A stretch of DNA of 64,000 nucleotides from Candidatus Obscuribacterales bacterium (GTDB lineage Bacteria; Cyanobacteriota; Vampirovibrionia; Obscuribacterales; Obscuribacteraceae). Location of the stretch: NCBI GenBank assembly GCA_965228855.1, contig CBDDIJ010000003.1, forward strand, positions 2,656,001 to 2,720,000, in the 5' to 3' direction. Of the stretch, positions 48,738 to 59,545 are shown one piece after another; position 1 is the stretch's first letter, and the number at the start of each line of letters is the position of its first letter. The translations under genes and the position numbers were made by a program. The notes beneath the pieces were generated by a model, which was given only the letters and a program-made list of their open reading frames with translations, was not told the origin of the DNA and did not search any database.

Positions 48738-49829
48738 ATGGCAGAAAGGGACGTCCTCTATCTCCTGGCTATGTCAGCCTACTGTGTAGCCGCCTACTTC
48801 TTTGTAAAAACATTTGCGCACCATATATGGAGCTACTTCCTCGCAGGTGTTTTGTTCATTCCATATTTTCTTTACGTCGGCCTGGAGATGTGCTACGGAC
48901 CGTTTTTAGACTTTTTGTGCCTGATTGCGTACGCCATATTCGTAGGCGGCGTCGCACTTTTGCTCATCTGCGCAAAAGTATCATGGAACCACTTCAAAGT
49001 CTTGAGAGCGTTTTTCCTGCTATTTGCGCTGACACTAACCGCGGTGTCAGTTGACGCCTTTTTGATAGAACCTCACTGGCTATCCGTTCGGCGAGAACAA
49101 ATGGCCACCACAAAGTTGTCGGAACCACTGAAAATCGCAGTAGTCGCGGACATTCAGACCGACAAGATAACAAATTATGAGCGCGATGTGTTCAAACGCA
49201 TCAAAGAATACGAACCTGATCTGCTGCTATTCGCCGGCGACTACATTCAAATTTATAATGAGAAACGCGACGAGCAGCTGGCAGCCTTTAACACCCTGCT
49301 AAAGGAGTCCGGAGTCAAACCTAGAATCGGAACCTTCGTCGCTCGCGGCGATGCCGATGCTCCTGACGATTGGGCGAAGTGGTCGGAGGGTCTGCCGTTC
49401 ATAGTTCGCGACAAAACTACAACGTTCAATGCGACGAAGGATATTACAGTTTCAATCCTGAGCTTGTTCGATTCTCGCTTTCCGCCGTACGTTCCTCCCA
49501 GAAAGGAAAATTTCCACATTGTCCTCGGACACGCGCCGGACTTCGCATTGAGAAACCCCTCTGCAGACCTGCTTATCGCAGGTCATACTCACGGTGGACA
49601 AGTAAAACTTCCATTTTTCGGAGCTTTGTATACTCTCAGCCGCGTGCCTCGTGACTGGGGAGGCGGGTGCTGGGCAAACATCGGAAGCGGCGCCATGCTT
49701 TGTGTCTCACGTGGTGTGGGGATGGAACGAGAATGCGCTCCAAGGCTGCGTTTTCTTTGCCGACCGGAAATTGTTTTTATCGACGTGACACCGGTGGAGA
49801 AGAGGCAACTTACCTCGTTCACAAAATAA
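48738..49829 (+). CDS. Membrane metallophosphoesterase (YkuE/YaeI-like)
   Basis: ADIQ, AGDY, RGDAD, GHAPD, AGHTHGGQ, VSRGVG, RPEI. Confidence 0.85.
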   Translation: MAERDVLYLLAMSAYCVAAYFFVKTFAHHIWSYFLAGVLFIPYFLYVGLEMCYGPFLDFLCLIAYAIFVGGVALLLICAKVSWNHFKVLRAFFLLFALTLTAVSVDAFLIEPHWLSVRREQMATTKLSEPLKIAVVADIQTDKITNYERDVFKRIKEYEPDLLLFAGDYIQIYNEKRDEQLAAFNTLLKESGVKPRIGTFVARGDADAPDDWAKWSEGLPFIVRDKTTTFNATKDITVSILSLFDSRFPPYVPPRKENFHIVLGHAPDFALRNPSADLLIAGHTHGGQVKLPFFGALYTLSRVPRDWGGGCWANIGSGAMLCVSRGVGMERECAPRLRFLCRPEIVFIDVTPVEKRQLTSFTK

Positions 49830-49843
49830 GTAGAGCAACTACC

Positions 49844-50860
49844 TCACTCCGAATCACCAAATCCGATTTTATCCACAAAAGCATTCAAAGCCTTTGTCGC
49901 TTTCGCGTTCTTGACGCCGACGTATCTGTCCTTGCGCCGCTGAAATGGAATCAAAAAACGTCGCTTTTCAGTCGAGATAATCTTGTCAGACAACTCGGGA
50001 TCAAATCGTTCGCAAGTTATATCGACGGCAAACGATAGTGGCAAAAGCGCTGATTTATCTGGCTTCCCCGTGACAAATTTTCCCATCTGAGACATTTGCG
50101 CCGTGCCGTTTCTAACACCATAAAGAAGAGGAACATCTTTGCAGAGTTCGGTCAGCTTGTTATCTATTAAAGCTACCGGACTGAGAATGCAGAAGTTCTC
50201 GCCGGAGTTAAAATGTGTATTCGCGATCACGATGGCATCAGTTCCAGCCTTATAACGCAACAATGGATTCGTTGCGATACTGCAGAATCGGTCCTGACTC
50301 ACGTCTACCGCATCAATCAAAACAGGCTTACCAGCCCTGATTTGAAAGTACGCGAGAACATTTACTTCGTTTCCAATCGCTGAGCTTTCCTCAAGAGTTC
50401 GATATGTTCCGAGAAACGCTATAACCGGTTTTCCGTCCACTAGAATTTGCTTCACGCTGGTCATGGACAGTTCGACCTTGCCTGTGTAGCCAGTCCCCGG
50501 AGCATCTTCCGGAAAGAAAAGTTGGCGAAACGGCTCGTTCAAATTACCGAGCTTGTCATCACCAATATCGGGAGTGACGCATTTAACCAGCTCAGAAGTA
50601 GGTATCTCACCACGGCCTTTCACCCTTCCGGATCTGGCGAAAACCTTCCCTGATTTAGCCGAATCCGGTCGCAATTTGACAGACTGAACATGAGGCTTGA
50701 CCGACGCTACGCGTGGGCTGACAGACACAGCCTGTGCCTTAGAAGACAAAACCTCCGGCTTAGCAGACACCGCCTGTGGTGCGCTAGTAAACAGCACAGC
50801 AAATGGGATCAGCAAAAACGAAAATCCGGACCCTTTTCTTTGTCGCACTTTCAAAGTCAC
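49844..50860 (-). CDS. Secreted hypothetical protein
   Basis: Signal-peptide-like N-terminus; beta-rich body with HFNSGE motif. Confidence 0.7.
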   Translation of the reverse strand: MTLKVRQRKGSGFSFLLIPFAVLFTSAPQAVSAKPEVLSSKAQAVSVSPRVASVKPHVQSVKLRPDSAKSGKVFARSGRVKGRGEIPTSELVKCVTPDIGDDKLGNLNEPFRQLFFPEDAPGTGYTGKVELSMTSVKQILVDGKPVIAFLGTYRTLEESSAIGNEVNVLAYFQIRAGKPVLIDAVDVSQDRFCSIATNPLLRYKAGTDAIVIANTHFNSGENFCILSPVALIDNKLTELCKDVPLLYGVRNGTAQMSQMGKFVTGKPDKSALLPLSFAVDITCERFDPELSDKIISTEKRRFLIPFQRRKDRYVGVKNAKATKALNAFVDKIGFGDSE

Positions 50861-50937
50861 CGAGAACCAGTACAGCGAGTTATTCTAGCGGATCAGAGAA
50901 GTTTGCGTGTGAGAAGGGATAGTGCGACAATTGGAAT

Positions 50938-52113
50938 ATGAAAAGCGTACTGATATCGGGAGCGGGAATCGCCGGGCCGACCCTCGCATACTGGCTTCTG
51001 CAGCATGGCTTCCAGCCAACGATCGTTGAACAAGCCCCATCACTGAGAACAGGCGGTTACGTCATTGACTTCTGGGGAGTAGGGTATGACGTGGCCGAAA
51101 AAATGAACGTGCTCGCAGACTTAAACAAGAAAGGCTATCATGCCAAAGAGGTGCTTCTGGTTGACAAGCATGGTCGGCGCGCGGGCGGTTTTTCAACGGA
51201 TATATTTAGCTCGAATTTGGATGGCAGATTTGTCAGCCTGCTCCGCGGAGATTTAGCAGAGACGCTTTACAGAAGTATAGAAGGAAAAGTCGAGGTAATC
51301 TTTGGCGACAGTATCAAATCTCTTCGAATGACGGAAGAAGCCGCAGAAGTTGAATTCTACGGCGGAGCGAAACGTGACTTTGATCTGGTGGCCGGAGCGG
51401 ACGGATTGCACTCGGTGGTACGTAGTATCGCATTCGGTGCGGAAGGGCAGTTTGAAAAGAAACTTGGCTATTCGGTAGCCGCATTCAGTGTGGAAGGATA
51501 TGAACCGCGAGACGAGGGAGTATATGTATGTTACTCATCGCCTGGGAAACAGATAGCTCGATTCGCGTTGCGAGACAACATCACGGTATTCTTCCTGATT
51601 TTCCGGGACTCTAACCCTGAGTCGCATGGACGCGACCAGGCAACCAGCAAAGTTGAAACGATATTGAACGACGATAACTGGGAATGCAAAAAAATCTTGC
51701 GAGCTTTGCACAATGCAAACGATCTCTATTTCGATTCGGTAAGTCAGATCATAATGCCGAGTTGGTCGAGGGAGCGAGCGGTTCTCATTGGCGATGCAGC
51801 CTTCTGTCCTTCACTTTTAGCAGGACAAGGTTCGGCTCTTGCGATGGCAGGCAGCTACGTACTTGCCGGTGAGCTAAAGCGTGCGTCGGGCGATCATAGA
51901 ATTGCCTTTACCGCTTACGAAAGGCGCCTCAGAGCTTTCATCGAGAAGAAGCAAAAAGGTGCCGAGAATTTTGGCAAATGGTTTGCACCTGATACCCAAT
52001 TCGCAGTATTTCTCCGGAATCAAATCACGAAGCTTTTCGCTATTCCGCTTTTCGCGGACAAATTTGTGACTGAAACCATCGCAGACGAACTCAGGTTGCC
52101 TGACTACTCTTGA
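50938..52113 (+). CDS. FAD-dependent monooxygenase (FAD_binding_3 family)
   Basis: GAGIAG, GADGLHS, LIGDAAFCPS..GQGS. Confidence 0.92.
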   Translation: MKSVLISGAGIAGPTLAYWLLQHGFQPTIVEQAPSLRTGGYVIDFWGVGYDVAEKMNVLADLNKKGYHAKEVLLVDKHGRRAGGFSTDIFSSNLDGRFVSLLRGDLAETLYRSIEGKVEVIFGDSIKSLRMTEEAAEVEFYGGAKRDFDLVAGADGLHSVVRSIAFGAEGQFEKKLGYSVAAFSVEGYEPRDEGVYVCYSSPGKQIARFALRDNITVFFLIFRDSNPESHGRDQATSKVETILNDDNWECKKILRALHNANDLYFDSVSQIIMPSWSRERAVLIGDAAFCPSLLAGQGSALAMAGSYVLAGELKRASGDHRIAFTAYERRLRAFIEKKQKGAENFGKWFAPDTQFAVFLRNQITKLFAIPLFADKFVTETIADELRLPDYS

Positions 52114-52184
52114 GCGATCTATGTTAACCGGTTCGCGACGCAATTCTAGAAATCGCCAACAGCTCGCAAGATCCTGGGGTCCGA

Positions 52185-53045
52185 CTAGCCGCGGTATTGA
52201 AGGGCAAATTCGCGCGGCGTCATGCCCTTTAGTCTCTTAAATTCTTTGTTGAACTGCGCGAGGCTGGCATAGCCAACAGTCGATGCGATAGCGTTGATGC
52301 GGAGTTCACCCTCGATAAGCAGCGCGCTCGCTCTACCGAGTTTCAAGCGAGACACGTAACCAAACGGAGTCGTTTTTGTGTGGCGGCGAAAGTTGCGGTG
52401 GAAAGCAGCCGGACTCATAAATGCCATCTCCGCGAGTTCTTCAATTGAAATCGGCTCAGTATAAAACTTATGCAGATAGTCGAAAACAGCTGCAAGTCGT
52501 GGCTCCGGCTCAATATCCTGTTTGCGATCCGACACAATTAAAGTACGGTAGTTGGTATCCAAACTCAAACACCGCAGTATGGTCAAAAGCGAGATGAGCC
52601 TCTCATCCTCACGCTGTGATTTCAGCTTCTCCATGAGCGGTCGAACGGTGGTCGCAGTTTTTGCACTGAATACGATACCGCTGCGGGCTTTCTTCATGAG
52701 TGGTTTTAACCTGCGCAATTCTGGGAAAAGGCGCAGAAGGTCACCGATCCAAGTTTCACTAAACCAGCAAACTCGAACCATGAATGGCAGCTCAGGATCG
52801 ATTTTCTCATTCGAGCACCATGTATGGGGAACGTTGGCACCAAGCAGAACCAGGTCACCGTCTTCATAACGTTCGATGCTATCACCAACATATCGGTGCC
52901 CGCGGCTATTAATAGTAAGAGTAAGTTCGAGTTCCGGATGGTGATGCCACTCGAAGGGCAGGTTATCGACTCGATCTTCGAGATGCAGCGCCCATGAGTT
53001 ATTTGCGTCGATGACGATCTTTTCGAGATAGGGCTTCATAACCAT
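52185..53045 (-). CDS. AraC family transcriptional regulator
   Basis: Cupin WHHHPELEL; C-terminal double HTH ..FNKEFKRLKGMTPREF. Confidence 0.92.
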   Translation of the reverse strand: MVMKPYLEKIVIDANNSWALHLEDRVDNLPFEWHHHPELELTLTINSRGHRYVGDSIERYEDGDLVLLGANVPHTWCSNEKIDPELPFMVRVCWFSETWIGDLLRLFPELRRLKPLMKKARSGIVFSAKTATTVRPLMEKLKSQREDERLISLLTILRCLSLDTNYRTLIVSDRKQDIEPEPRLAAVFDYLHKFYTEPISIEELAEMAFMSPAAFHRNFRRHTKTTPFGYVSRLKLGRASALLIEGELRINAIASTVGYASLAQFNKEFKRLKGMTPREFALQYRG

Positions 53046-53223
53046 TTGACCGGGCGTTTACGTCCAATGAGAGGATAACATCAGAATTGGATTTTTTTCG
53101 ATTACTTCGTAAGCGTTGTAAATGCTAAATTTCGCATTGTTGGAGCCCTCAGAGCCTTTCGGCTTGTTCGATGAGGATTGTGGGCACCCGAAGGTGTTTT
53201 CTTAACTTTAGAACTGGAATCCC

Positions 53224-54450
53224 ATGGAATCGAAAATTAAACAGACGCCGCCAGCGAGCGGCATATCGGAGTTCGTCCGAGACAAACGCATCTGGGTCTA
53301 CTACGCGCTCGTAGGACTGAATTGCTATGCAATGTCTGCGCTGGGACCGCTTATGCCGTTTCTCCGCGGAGAGTTGAATCTGGACTACAAAGTCGCCGGT
53401 CTACACTTCAGTGCCTATGCGTTTGGAACTATTCTCGCCGGCAGCTTCGGCGACTGGGTAGTGAAACGACTCGGCCGCGTAACGACATTGGGCGGGACGG
53501 TCGCGGGGACAATCATAGGCGCGCTCATGCTGATCGGGGCACAGTCTTCGGCAATTTCAATTTCGGGCGTCTTGCTCTGTGGATTCTGTACAAGTGTTTC
53601 CTACCAAATTTTAGCGACCATCATCTCCGACTATTTGGAGGATTTAAGAACGATCGCATACATGGAAGCAGAGGTGGTCGCAATGCTTGTCGCAGGCATA
53701 GCGCCTTTCGCCGTGAGTGCATCAGTATGGTCCGGGTTGGGATGGCGTGCAGCAATGGTATTGATGGTGGTGCTCTTCGTCTCGACGGTTCCATCGCTTA
53801 AGTCGTACAGCAGTGTCAAAGAATCGGTTGTGAAAACGGGCTTGAGGACAGGGAAACTACCCAGAGCGTTCTGGGGTTATGGCGCCGTGATCCTGCTCAG
53901 TGTAGCGGCGGAATGGTCCACTGCGTTCTGGAGCGCGGACTATCTATGCCAACGGGTCGGCATGACTAAAGCCGCAGCCGCTGCGGCGGTGGGAGTTTTC
54001 TTCCTAGGGATGGTAGTAGGGAGATTTGCCGGAAGCCGACTGGTGCGGACCGTGGAATCACATTACCTGCTGGCAGCGTCAGGAATAATTAGCATAATCG
54101 GGTTCGCAATGTTCTGGCTCGGGACGACGGCGGCGATCAGCGTTCTCGGTCTGTTTGGAACCGGTCTCGGCATCGCTGCCATGTACCCGCTTTCGTTCGC
54201 CGCGATTGTCGCGGCAAGTCCGTCAATGAGAAGCACAGCAATTGCGCGCATAAGCTTGATTTGCGGGAGTTCGATTCTAGTAGTTCCCTTTCTTCTCAGT
54301 CTGGTTGCAGACAGATCAGGTTTGTTTACAGCCTATTCAATAATTGCTGCTGCGCTTGTGCTCTGCTTCGCGTCGATGTTTGTCGCAAAGAGACTGGAGA
54401 AGGAGGACGAAACGACGCAATGCGTGCCAACCGAATGTGCAGTTGTTTAA
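53224..54450 (+). CDS. MFS transporter
   Basis: About 12 TMs; G...DWVVKRLGR motif A; divergent from AraC. Confidence 0.88.
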   Translation: MESKIKQTPPASGISEFVRDKRIWVYYALVGLNCYAMSALGPLMPFLRGELNLDYKVAGLHFSAYAFGTILAGSFGDWVVKRLGRVTTLGGTVAGTIIGALMLIGAQSSAISISGVLLCGFCTSVSYQILATIISDYLEDLRTIAYMEAEVVAMLVAGIAPFAVSASVWSGLGWRAAMVLMVVLFVSTVPSLKSYSSVKESVVKTGLRTGKLPRAFWGYGAVILLSVAAEWSTAFWSADYLCQRVGMTKAAAAAAVGVFFLGMVVGRFAGSRLVRTVESHYLLAASGIISIIGFAMFWLGTTAAISVLGLFGTGLGIAAMYPLSFAAIVAASPSMRSTAIARISLICGSSILVVPFLLSLVADRSGLFTAYSIIAAALVLCFASMFVAKRLEKEDETTQCVPTECAVV

Positions 54451-54454
54451 TACA

Positions 54455-54970
54455 CTACTTCAGCGAGCGAAGGAACGAACGGGCTGACGCAAGCTTCGCT
54501 TGATCCTTCTGGTCCAATTCTTCATGTCCTTCCAAGCCTTGAATCGAGAACTCCAATGCTTCCTTCAGCGATTTCAGTTCCGGACCGAGGATGCGACAGC
54601 CGGCACCGTCTTTGAAGACTCGTTGCACCGATGCCACTTTGCCATCTTGAAACGTGACATGGAAACCAGCCACTGGCCATCCGCCCTCGGGGCCACTGGG
54701 TTTTATAGATGCTTCAGACTTCTCCGCATCGAACTGCAAGCCGAGCCTGGACTCCAGCTCATCTCTCGTTAAGCCGAACAGCTCGAATTCATCCACGCCC
54801 CAAGAGATATAACCGGTCTGGTAGTGGTCGGGGGGCATTTTTGCTTTGGCTGCAACGGCTCTCAGGTCATCAGGCGATGGCTCTTTTGGTGCGTGGCACG
54901 ATGAAAGCACGCCAATCACCAAAGGCGCGACAACTAACACGGAGACAAATTTCTTTCGCATTTTAACCAT
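54455..54970 (-). CDS. Putative lipoprotein
   Basis: Signal peptide ending in lipobox-like LSSC. Confidence 0.65.
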   Translation of the reverse strand: MVKMRKKFVSVLVVAPLVIGVLSSCHAPKEPSPDDLRAVAAKAKMPPDHYQTGYISWGVDEFELFGLTRDELESRLGLQFDAEKSEASIKPSGPEGGWPVAGFHVTFQDGKVASVQRVFKDGAGCRILGPELKSLKEALEFSIQGLEGHEELDQKDQAKLASARSFLRSLK

Positions 54971-55053
54971 TGTAGCCTACAACTGTCGGGTGAACTGTTT
55001 TCTCAAAAAGTCTCTTTGAGATACAATTGCTATCAACCCTTTGAGACGAAACA

Positions 55054-55422
55054 TTGCTCGGCTTCTATATTTTTCAATTCGTCCCGATCGTCCTTGTCGA
55101 AGGATTCGTTTTGTGGCGAATGAAGTGGGGGAGCTTTGGGCGGTCGATGTTTGATTCGCTGATGATGAACTTCGCGTCGTTCCTGGGGCTGTGCATTGGT
55201 TTGGGTCCGGTAATTGAGGGTTCGGGACCTTGGGGACTGACGCTGTTCGGGACCTACTCGATTATGGTGGAAGGCACAGTTCTGATGCTACTGGAACGTC
55301 ATCCTCCAAAGCTGGCATGGTCAACCGTTCTCATAGCAAATCTTCTTGGTTGTATCGTGCTGGACTGCGAGGTATTTTTCACGCAAATTCCGTGGAATGA
55401 TCTCCTCGGAACCGCAAAATAA
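55054..55422 (+). CDS. Small integral membrane protein
   Basis: Four TMs with internal repeat (VEG.VL twice, N in both halves). Confidence 0.65.
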   Translation: MLGFYIFQFVPIVLVEGFVLWRMKWGSFGRSMFDSLMMNFASFLGLCIGLGPVIEGSGPWGLTLFGTYSIMVEGTVLMLLERHPPKLAWSTVLIANLLGCIVLDCEVFFTQIPWNDLLGTAK

Positions 55423-55497
55423 TGGCACCGCTTTCGGTGCCCGCCAATTCTTCCATTGCCCTACCGTATCAGTAAATGCTTCGCAGGAAAGGCTCCT

Positions 55498-56115
55498 ATG
55501 AATGACTCTGAGCAGAAAAGAAAGATAACCATCGAAGAATATTTGGCGTTTGAGGAAAATTCCAAAGTGCGCCATGAGTTTGTCGATGGGCAAATTTTTG
55601 CGATGACTGGTGCATCAAACGCGCATACGGTGATCGCACTTAACATCGCCTCAGCTCTCAAAACAAAGTTAAGCGGAAGTGGTTGTACAACCTTCATCCT
55701 TGACACAAAGGTGCACATCGAAAAGCGCAATTCCTTTTACTACCCTGACGTCGTCGTAGATTGCGGAAGGTTTGCCCCAGACGGAACACATGCTGACAAT
55801 CCATCTCTAATTTTTGAAGTTCTTTCCTCTTCGACCGCAGCTACCGATCGCCGTGAAAAGCGCATGGTCTACCAGTCCATCGAGACGTTACAAGCATATG
55901 TAATTGTCCACCAAACGAAAAGGCGATTGGAAGTTTATCAGCGAGACGGAGCCGATTGGACTAAAGCGGAGATTGTCGGTGACGGTCACATTCAGCTGGC
56001 AGTCGGCATGCCTTGCGGGTTGCTCTTGACCATTGACGAGATTTACGAAGGTCTCGACTTCGAGCAGACACAGCCGATGCAGGTGCAGGAGTCAGAGGAA
56101 GTCTACAGTTGGTAA
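55498..56115 (+). CDS. Uma2 (DUF820) family endonuclease
   Basis: EEYLAFE..RHEFVDGQIFAM.G.S..H, YYPDVVV, FEVLSSST...DR.EK. Confidence 0.92.
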   Translation: MNDSEQKRKITIEEYLAFEENSKVRHEFVDGQIFAMTGASNAHTVIALNIASALKTKLSGSGCTTFILDTKVHIEKRNSFYYPDVVVDCGRFAPDGTHADNPSLIFEVLSSSTAATDRREKRMVYQSIETLQAYVIVHQTKRRLEVYQRDGADWTKAEIVGDGHIQLAVGMPCGLLLTIDEIYEGLDFEQTQPMQVQESEEVYSW

Positions 56116-56370
56116 TCGAGCCTGACGCGCCGACGAGGAGCCGAGCAACTCTTTGCAACGCCGACTCACAGGTGCGATTTCCCCTGAGAAACCTTAGAAT
56201 TCTATATGGATCAGATCAAATTCATGTAAAACATTCGATACTATTCAGGTCCGCGCCGCAGTGGCGCTGACCACTGCCACTCGCCCACCGATTTCGGGCG
56301 GAGTGCTTGCTCTTCGCGGCTTGCTGCGGCGAGGCGTGCTGTGACTGTAAAACCCCGCGAGGTCGGTTCG

Positions 56371-58344
56371 ATGAGTACAACGATGACGGATGTAATTTGG
56401 AAACCCACTGGTGAATACCTCAAATGCCGCGCTAACGACTTCATAACCCAGCATGGGCTAAAGGACTGGCGCCACCTCATCAAAAAATCGACAGAAGACA
56501 CGAATTGGTTTTGGAAAGAAGGCTTGGAGTTCATGGGCTTCAAGTGGCACAAGCCCTACACCCAGCTCATGGACGACAGCAAGGGCTTCGAGTGGACAAA
56601 GTGGTTCGTCGGCGGTCAGCTAAACATCGTCGATAACGTTCTCGATTGGCATCAAACCGAAGGTCAAAAGCTCGGTTCGAGAACCAGTGTGGGAGCCAAA
56701 CATCCTGCGCTTGTTTGGGAAAGCGAAAACGGCAAAAGCAGAAAGTTCACCTACGGCGAGATGAATGAGTTGGTCGGCAAAATTGCCGCGCTGCTTCTGA
56801 AGCTTGATGTAAAGCCAGGCGAAGCCGTTGGCATGTACATGCCGATGATACCGGAAACGGTGGCAACGCTTCTCGCTTGTTTCAAAATCGGAGCAGTCGC
56901 GGTTCCCGTATTCAGCGGATTTGGCTCGCAAGCGCTTTCGGCAAGACTTAACGATTGCGATGCTCGCGTGTTGCTCACCGCCGATGGTGGCACTCGCAAA
57001 GGTAAGCTTATCGAGATCAAGAAAGACGCGGACGCGGCAGCGCTCGATTCACCAAGCCTGAAGCACGTTGTCGTCGTCAAACACATGGAAAACAAAATCG
57101 ACTGGCATGAAAGTCGCGACATGTGGTTCCAAGACGCCATCAAAGATTTGGAACCTGCCGAGACCAAGCTGGATCTCGAAGCAGAGCATCCTTCTATGTA
57201 TCTGTACACATCGGGAACCACCGGCAAGCCCAAAGGCACAGTTCACACGCATGCCGGTGCGATGGCACAAATCGCGAAAGAGCATGGATTTGGTTTCGAC
57301 GTTCGTCCTGATGACGTGTTCTTCTGGGTCTCCGACATCGGTTGGATGATGGGCCCCTGGGAAATCATCGGCGCCTACTATTGGGGCGCGACAATTGTTA
57401 TCTTTGAAGGTCAGCCGATGTATCCGGATCCGGACATCGTTTGGCAAATAGTCGAGCGCCATAAAGTCACCACGCTTGGTATCAGCCCTACGCTCATCCG
57501 CGCTCTACGAGCCTTCGGCGATGAGTGGGTACAGAAACGCGACTTGTCGAGCTTGAGACTTCTCGGTTCCACCGGTGAGCCGTGGGATGAAGACAGTTAC
57601 ATGTGGTTCTTCAAAAACGTGGGCAAAGAAAAGTGCCCTGTCATCAACATCTCAGGTGGAACTGAAATTGTCGGTGGCCTACTCATGCCACTACCACTGA
57701 TGCCATTGAAGCCTTGCTCTCTCGGCGGTCCCGGGCTCGCGATGGACATTGACGTTTTTAGCGAAGATGGCAAACCGTTGCACAACGAAATCGGACACCT
57801 CGTCTGCAAGAAGCCGGGACCATCGATGACCAAAGGATTTTTGAAAGATCCAAACCGCTACGTAGAAACCTACTTCGATAAATTCCCGGGGGTTTGGTAT
57901 CACGGCGATTGGGCGAAAGTCGACGACGACGGCTCGTGGTTCCTCTTCGGTCGCTCCGACGACACCATAAAAGTTTCCGGCAAACGCGTCGGACCGGGCG
58001 AAGTTGAGTCGGTGCTCGTCGAACACGCAGATGTTGCCGAAGCAGCTGTCATCGGCGTTCCGCATGAACTGAAAGGCGAAGGTCTGGTTTGCTTCGTGGT
58101 CCTGATGCCTGGCAAACAGGAGACACCGGAACTCTCGAAACAGTTGAAAGCGCTCGTCGGAGAAAAACTCGGCTCTGTAATGAAGCCCGAGATCATCCAT
58201 ACCGTGCAGATGTTGCCGAAAACACGCTCCGGAAAGATTGTGAGAAGAACCATTCGCGCGAAATATCTCGGCGAAAACACCGGCGACCTTTCATCGGTCG
58301 AAAACCCGGATGCACTCGAGCCCATCGGGAAGCTCAAAGCGTAG
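56371..58344 (+). CDS. Acetyl-CoA synthetase-like AMP-forming acyl-CoA ligase
   Basis: YTSGTTGKPKG, GSTGEPW, SGGTE, WYHGD, GRSDD, PKTRSGKI. Confidence 0.93.
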   Translation: MSTTMTDVIWKPTGEYLKCRANDFITQHGLKDWRHLIKKSTEDTNWFWKEGLEFMGFKWHKPYTQLMDDSKGFEWTKWFVGGQLNIVDNVLDWHQTEGQKLGSRTSVGAKHPALVWESENGKSRKFTYGEMNELVGKIAALLLKLDVKPGEAVGMYMPMIPETVATLLACFKIGAVAVPVFSGFGSQALSARLNDCDARVLLTADGGTRKGKLIEIKKDADAAALDSPSLKHVVVVKHMENKIDWHESRDMWFQDAIKDLEPAETKLDLEAEHPSMYLYTSGTTGKPKGTVHTHAGAMAQIAKEHGFGFDVRPDDVFFWVSDIGWMMGPWEIIGAYYWGATIVIFEGQPMYPDPDIVWQIVERHKVTTLGISPTLIRALRAFGDEWVQKRDLSSLRLLGSTGEPWDEDSYMWFFKNVGKEKCPVINISGGTEIVGGLLMPLPLMPLKPCSLGGPGLAMDIDVFSEDGKPLHNEIGHLVCKKPGPSMTKGFLKDPNRYVETYFDKFPGVWYHGDWAKVDDDGSWFLFGRSDDTIKVSGKRVGPGEVESVLVEHADVAEAAVIGVPHELKGEGLVCFVVLMPGKQETPELSKQLKALVGEKLGSVMKPEIIHTVQMLPKTRSGKIVRRTIRAKYLGENTGDLSSVENPDALEPIGKLKA

Positions 58345-58353
58345 GCATCGTTC

Positions 58354-59067
58354 ATGACTTATTCATTCATGATAATGGCTGCCCCTGATTGTCCTCGCGG
58401 ATACCTTGGGCAGCTGCCGGAGCACATTCCAGAAAGGGCTGATCGACTGATTCAAACTTTGGATTATCCCAAGTTCAACGCTCGATGCGCGGATAGTGTT
58501 CAATTACACCCAAAGGTGAAACATCCCATCCCCCGCCCTTTCAACTTTACTGATATGCTTAACGCTAGGTTGTATCCACCAGCCTCAACTCTACTCGGAG
58601 CTTACGAAAAAGCTTACATCCTTGTCGACGAATATCTGCTGCGAGCGTGCTTGCGCCTTAGTGCGGACAGCCAGTTTGGAAACATTCTCAAAGTTTATCC
58701 AGACGGGACAATCTTTATGATGCACACACAGAATTCGTCGAACAGCTATCACTACGCGCTTTACGAAAGCGGACAGCTAGTCCGAGAGCATGCTGGCGAC
58801 ATCGACAATTTTTCAAGCATCGAAATGGGAGATCCAGCTCCTGAAGAACAAGAGGACTATGCAAGGTCGAAAGTAATCGACGGCGAGCGAATTTTCTACA
58901 AAGAGATGATGTTCCGAAATAAACCACAAATAGAAGAATTTACTGTCGATTGCTACGGTGAAACGTTAGCATTCGCAATTGCAAGTCGCTTCTTCGGAGA
59001 AGTTGATTCTGTCAACCATCCACAATGCCTGAAGGGCGACAAACTTATGGGTGAGCTTTTCACCTAA
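58354..59067 (+). CDS. Hypothetical protein (DUF6928-like)
   Basis: LYPP...GAY, YALYESGQLVR, EMGDP.PEE pattern; 9 bp after the acyl-CoA ligase. Confidence 0.55.
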   Translation: MTYSFMIMAAPDCPRGYLGQLPEHIPERADRLIQTLDYPKFNARCADSVQLHPKVKHPIPRPFNFTDMLNARLYPPASTLLGAYEKAYILVDEYLLRACLRLSADSQFGNILKVYPDGTIFMMHTQNSSNSYHYALYESGQLVREHAGDIDNFSSIEMGDPAPEEQEDYARSKVIDGERIFYKEMMFRNKPQIEEFTVDCYGETLAFAIASRFFGEVDSVNHPQCLKGDKLMGELFT

Positions 59068-59218
59068 GCCAGTAGCGCCACTTAATATGGTGCCACACAC
59101 TCGTTGCCTAAAACTGAAAGTCCGCTGCCGTTCAGCAATCAATTTTGAAACTGATCCCTGCGCGCAGTTCGCGGCTGAAGATCGGCTCTAATTGTCGAAC
59201 AGCGCGGAGGACAATTAG

Positions 59219-59545
59219 ATGTACAATTTTTTCAGCCTCATCCATGAGCTTCGAAAGCCACTCATAGCAGTTTTCGCAGTTTTGGGATTGATCGTTTTTC
59301 AACAAGAATATAAGCGCGCTAATACCACAGGCGTAGAACAGCCAATTGGTATCCTGGGAATCCTAGAATACGAATTTCGGCACATAGACGAGCATCTCGG
59401 ACCCAATCTCAAAGATAGCGTGAAATTTCCCACGAGTTCGGTCGGACTGGATAGGTGTCGGCGAAACCTCTTAGGGTCTTGTCCGCTAATGAGGGACATA
59501 CATGCACCTGAAAAGAAGACCGTTTCTAGGCGCATCGAGCTTTGA
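59219..59545 (+). CDS. Small membrane-anchored hypothetical protein
   Basis: RBS GGAGG upstream; N-terminal TM; two Cys near the C-terminus. Confidence 0.6.
   Translation: MYNFFSLIHELRKPLIAVFAVLGLIVFQQEYKRANTTGVEQPIGILGILEYEFRHIDEHLGPNLKDSVKFPTSSVGLDRCRRNLLGSCPLMRDIHAPEKKTVSRRIEL

Noticed and set aside
56252..56338. tRNA or tRNA-Sec
   Set aside because: Cloverleaf-like, but there is no TTCGA T-loop, no proper anticodon arm and no CCA/acceptor geometry.
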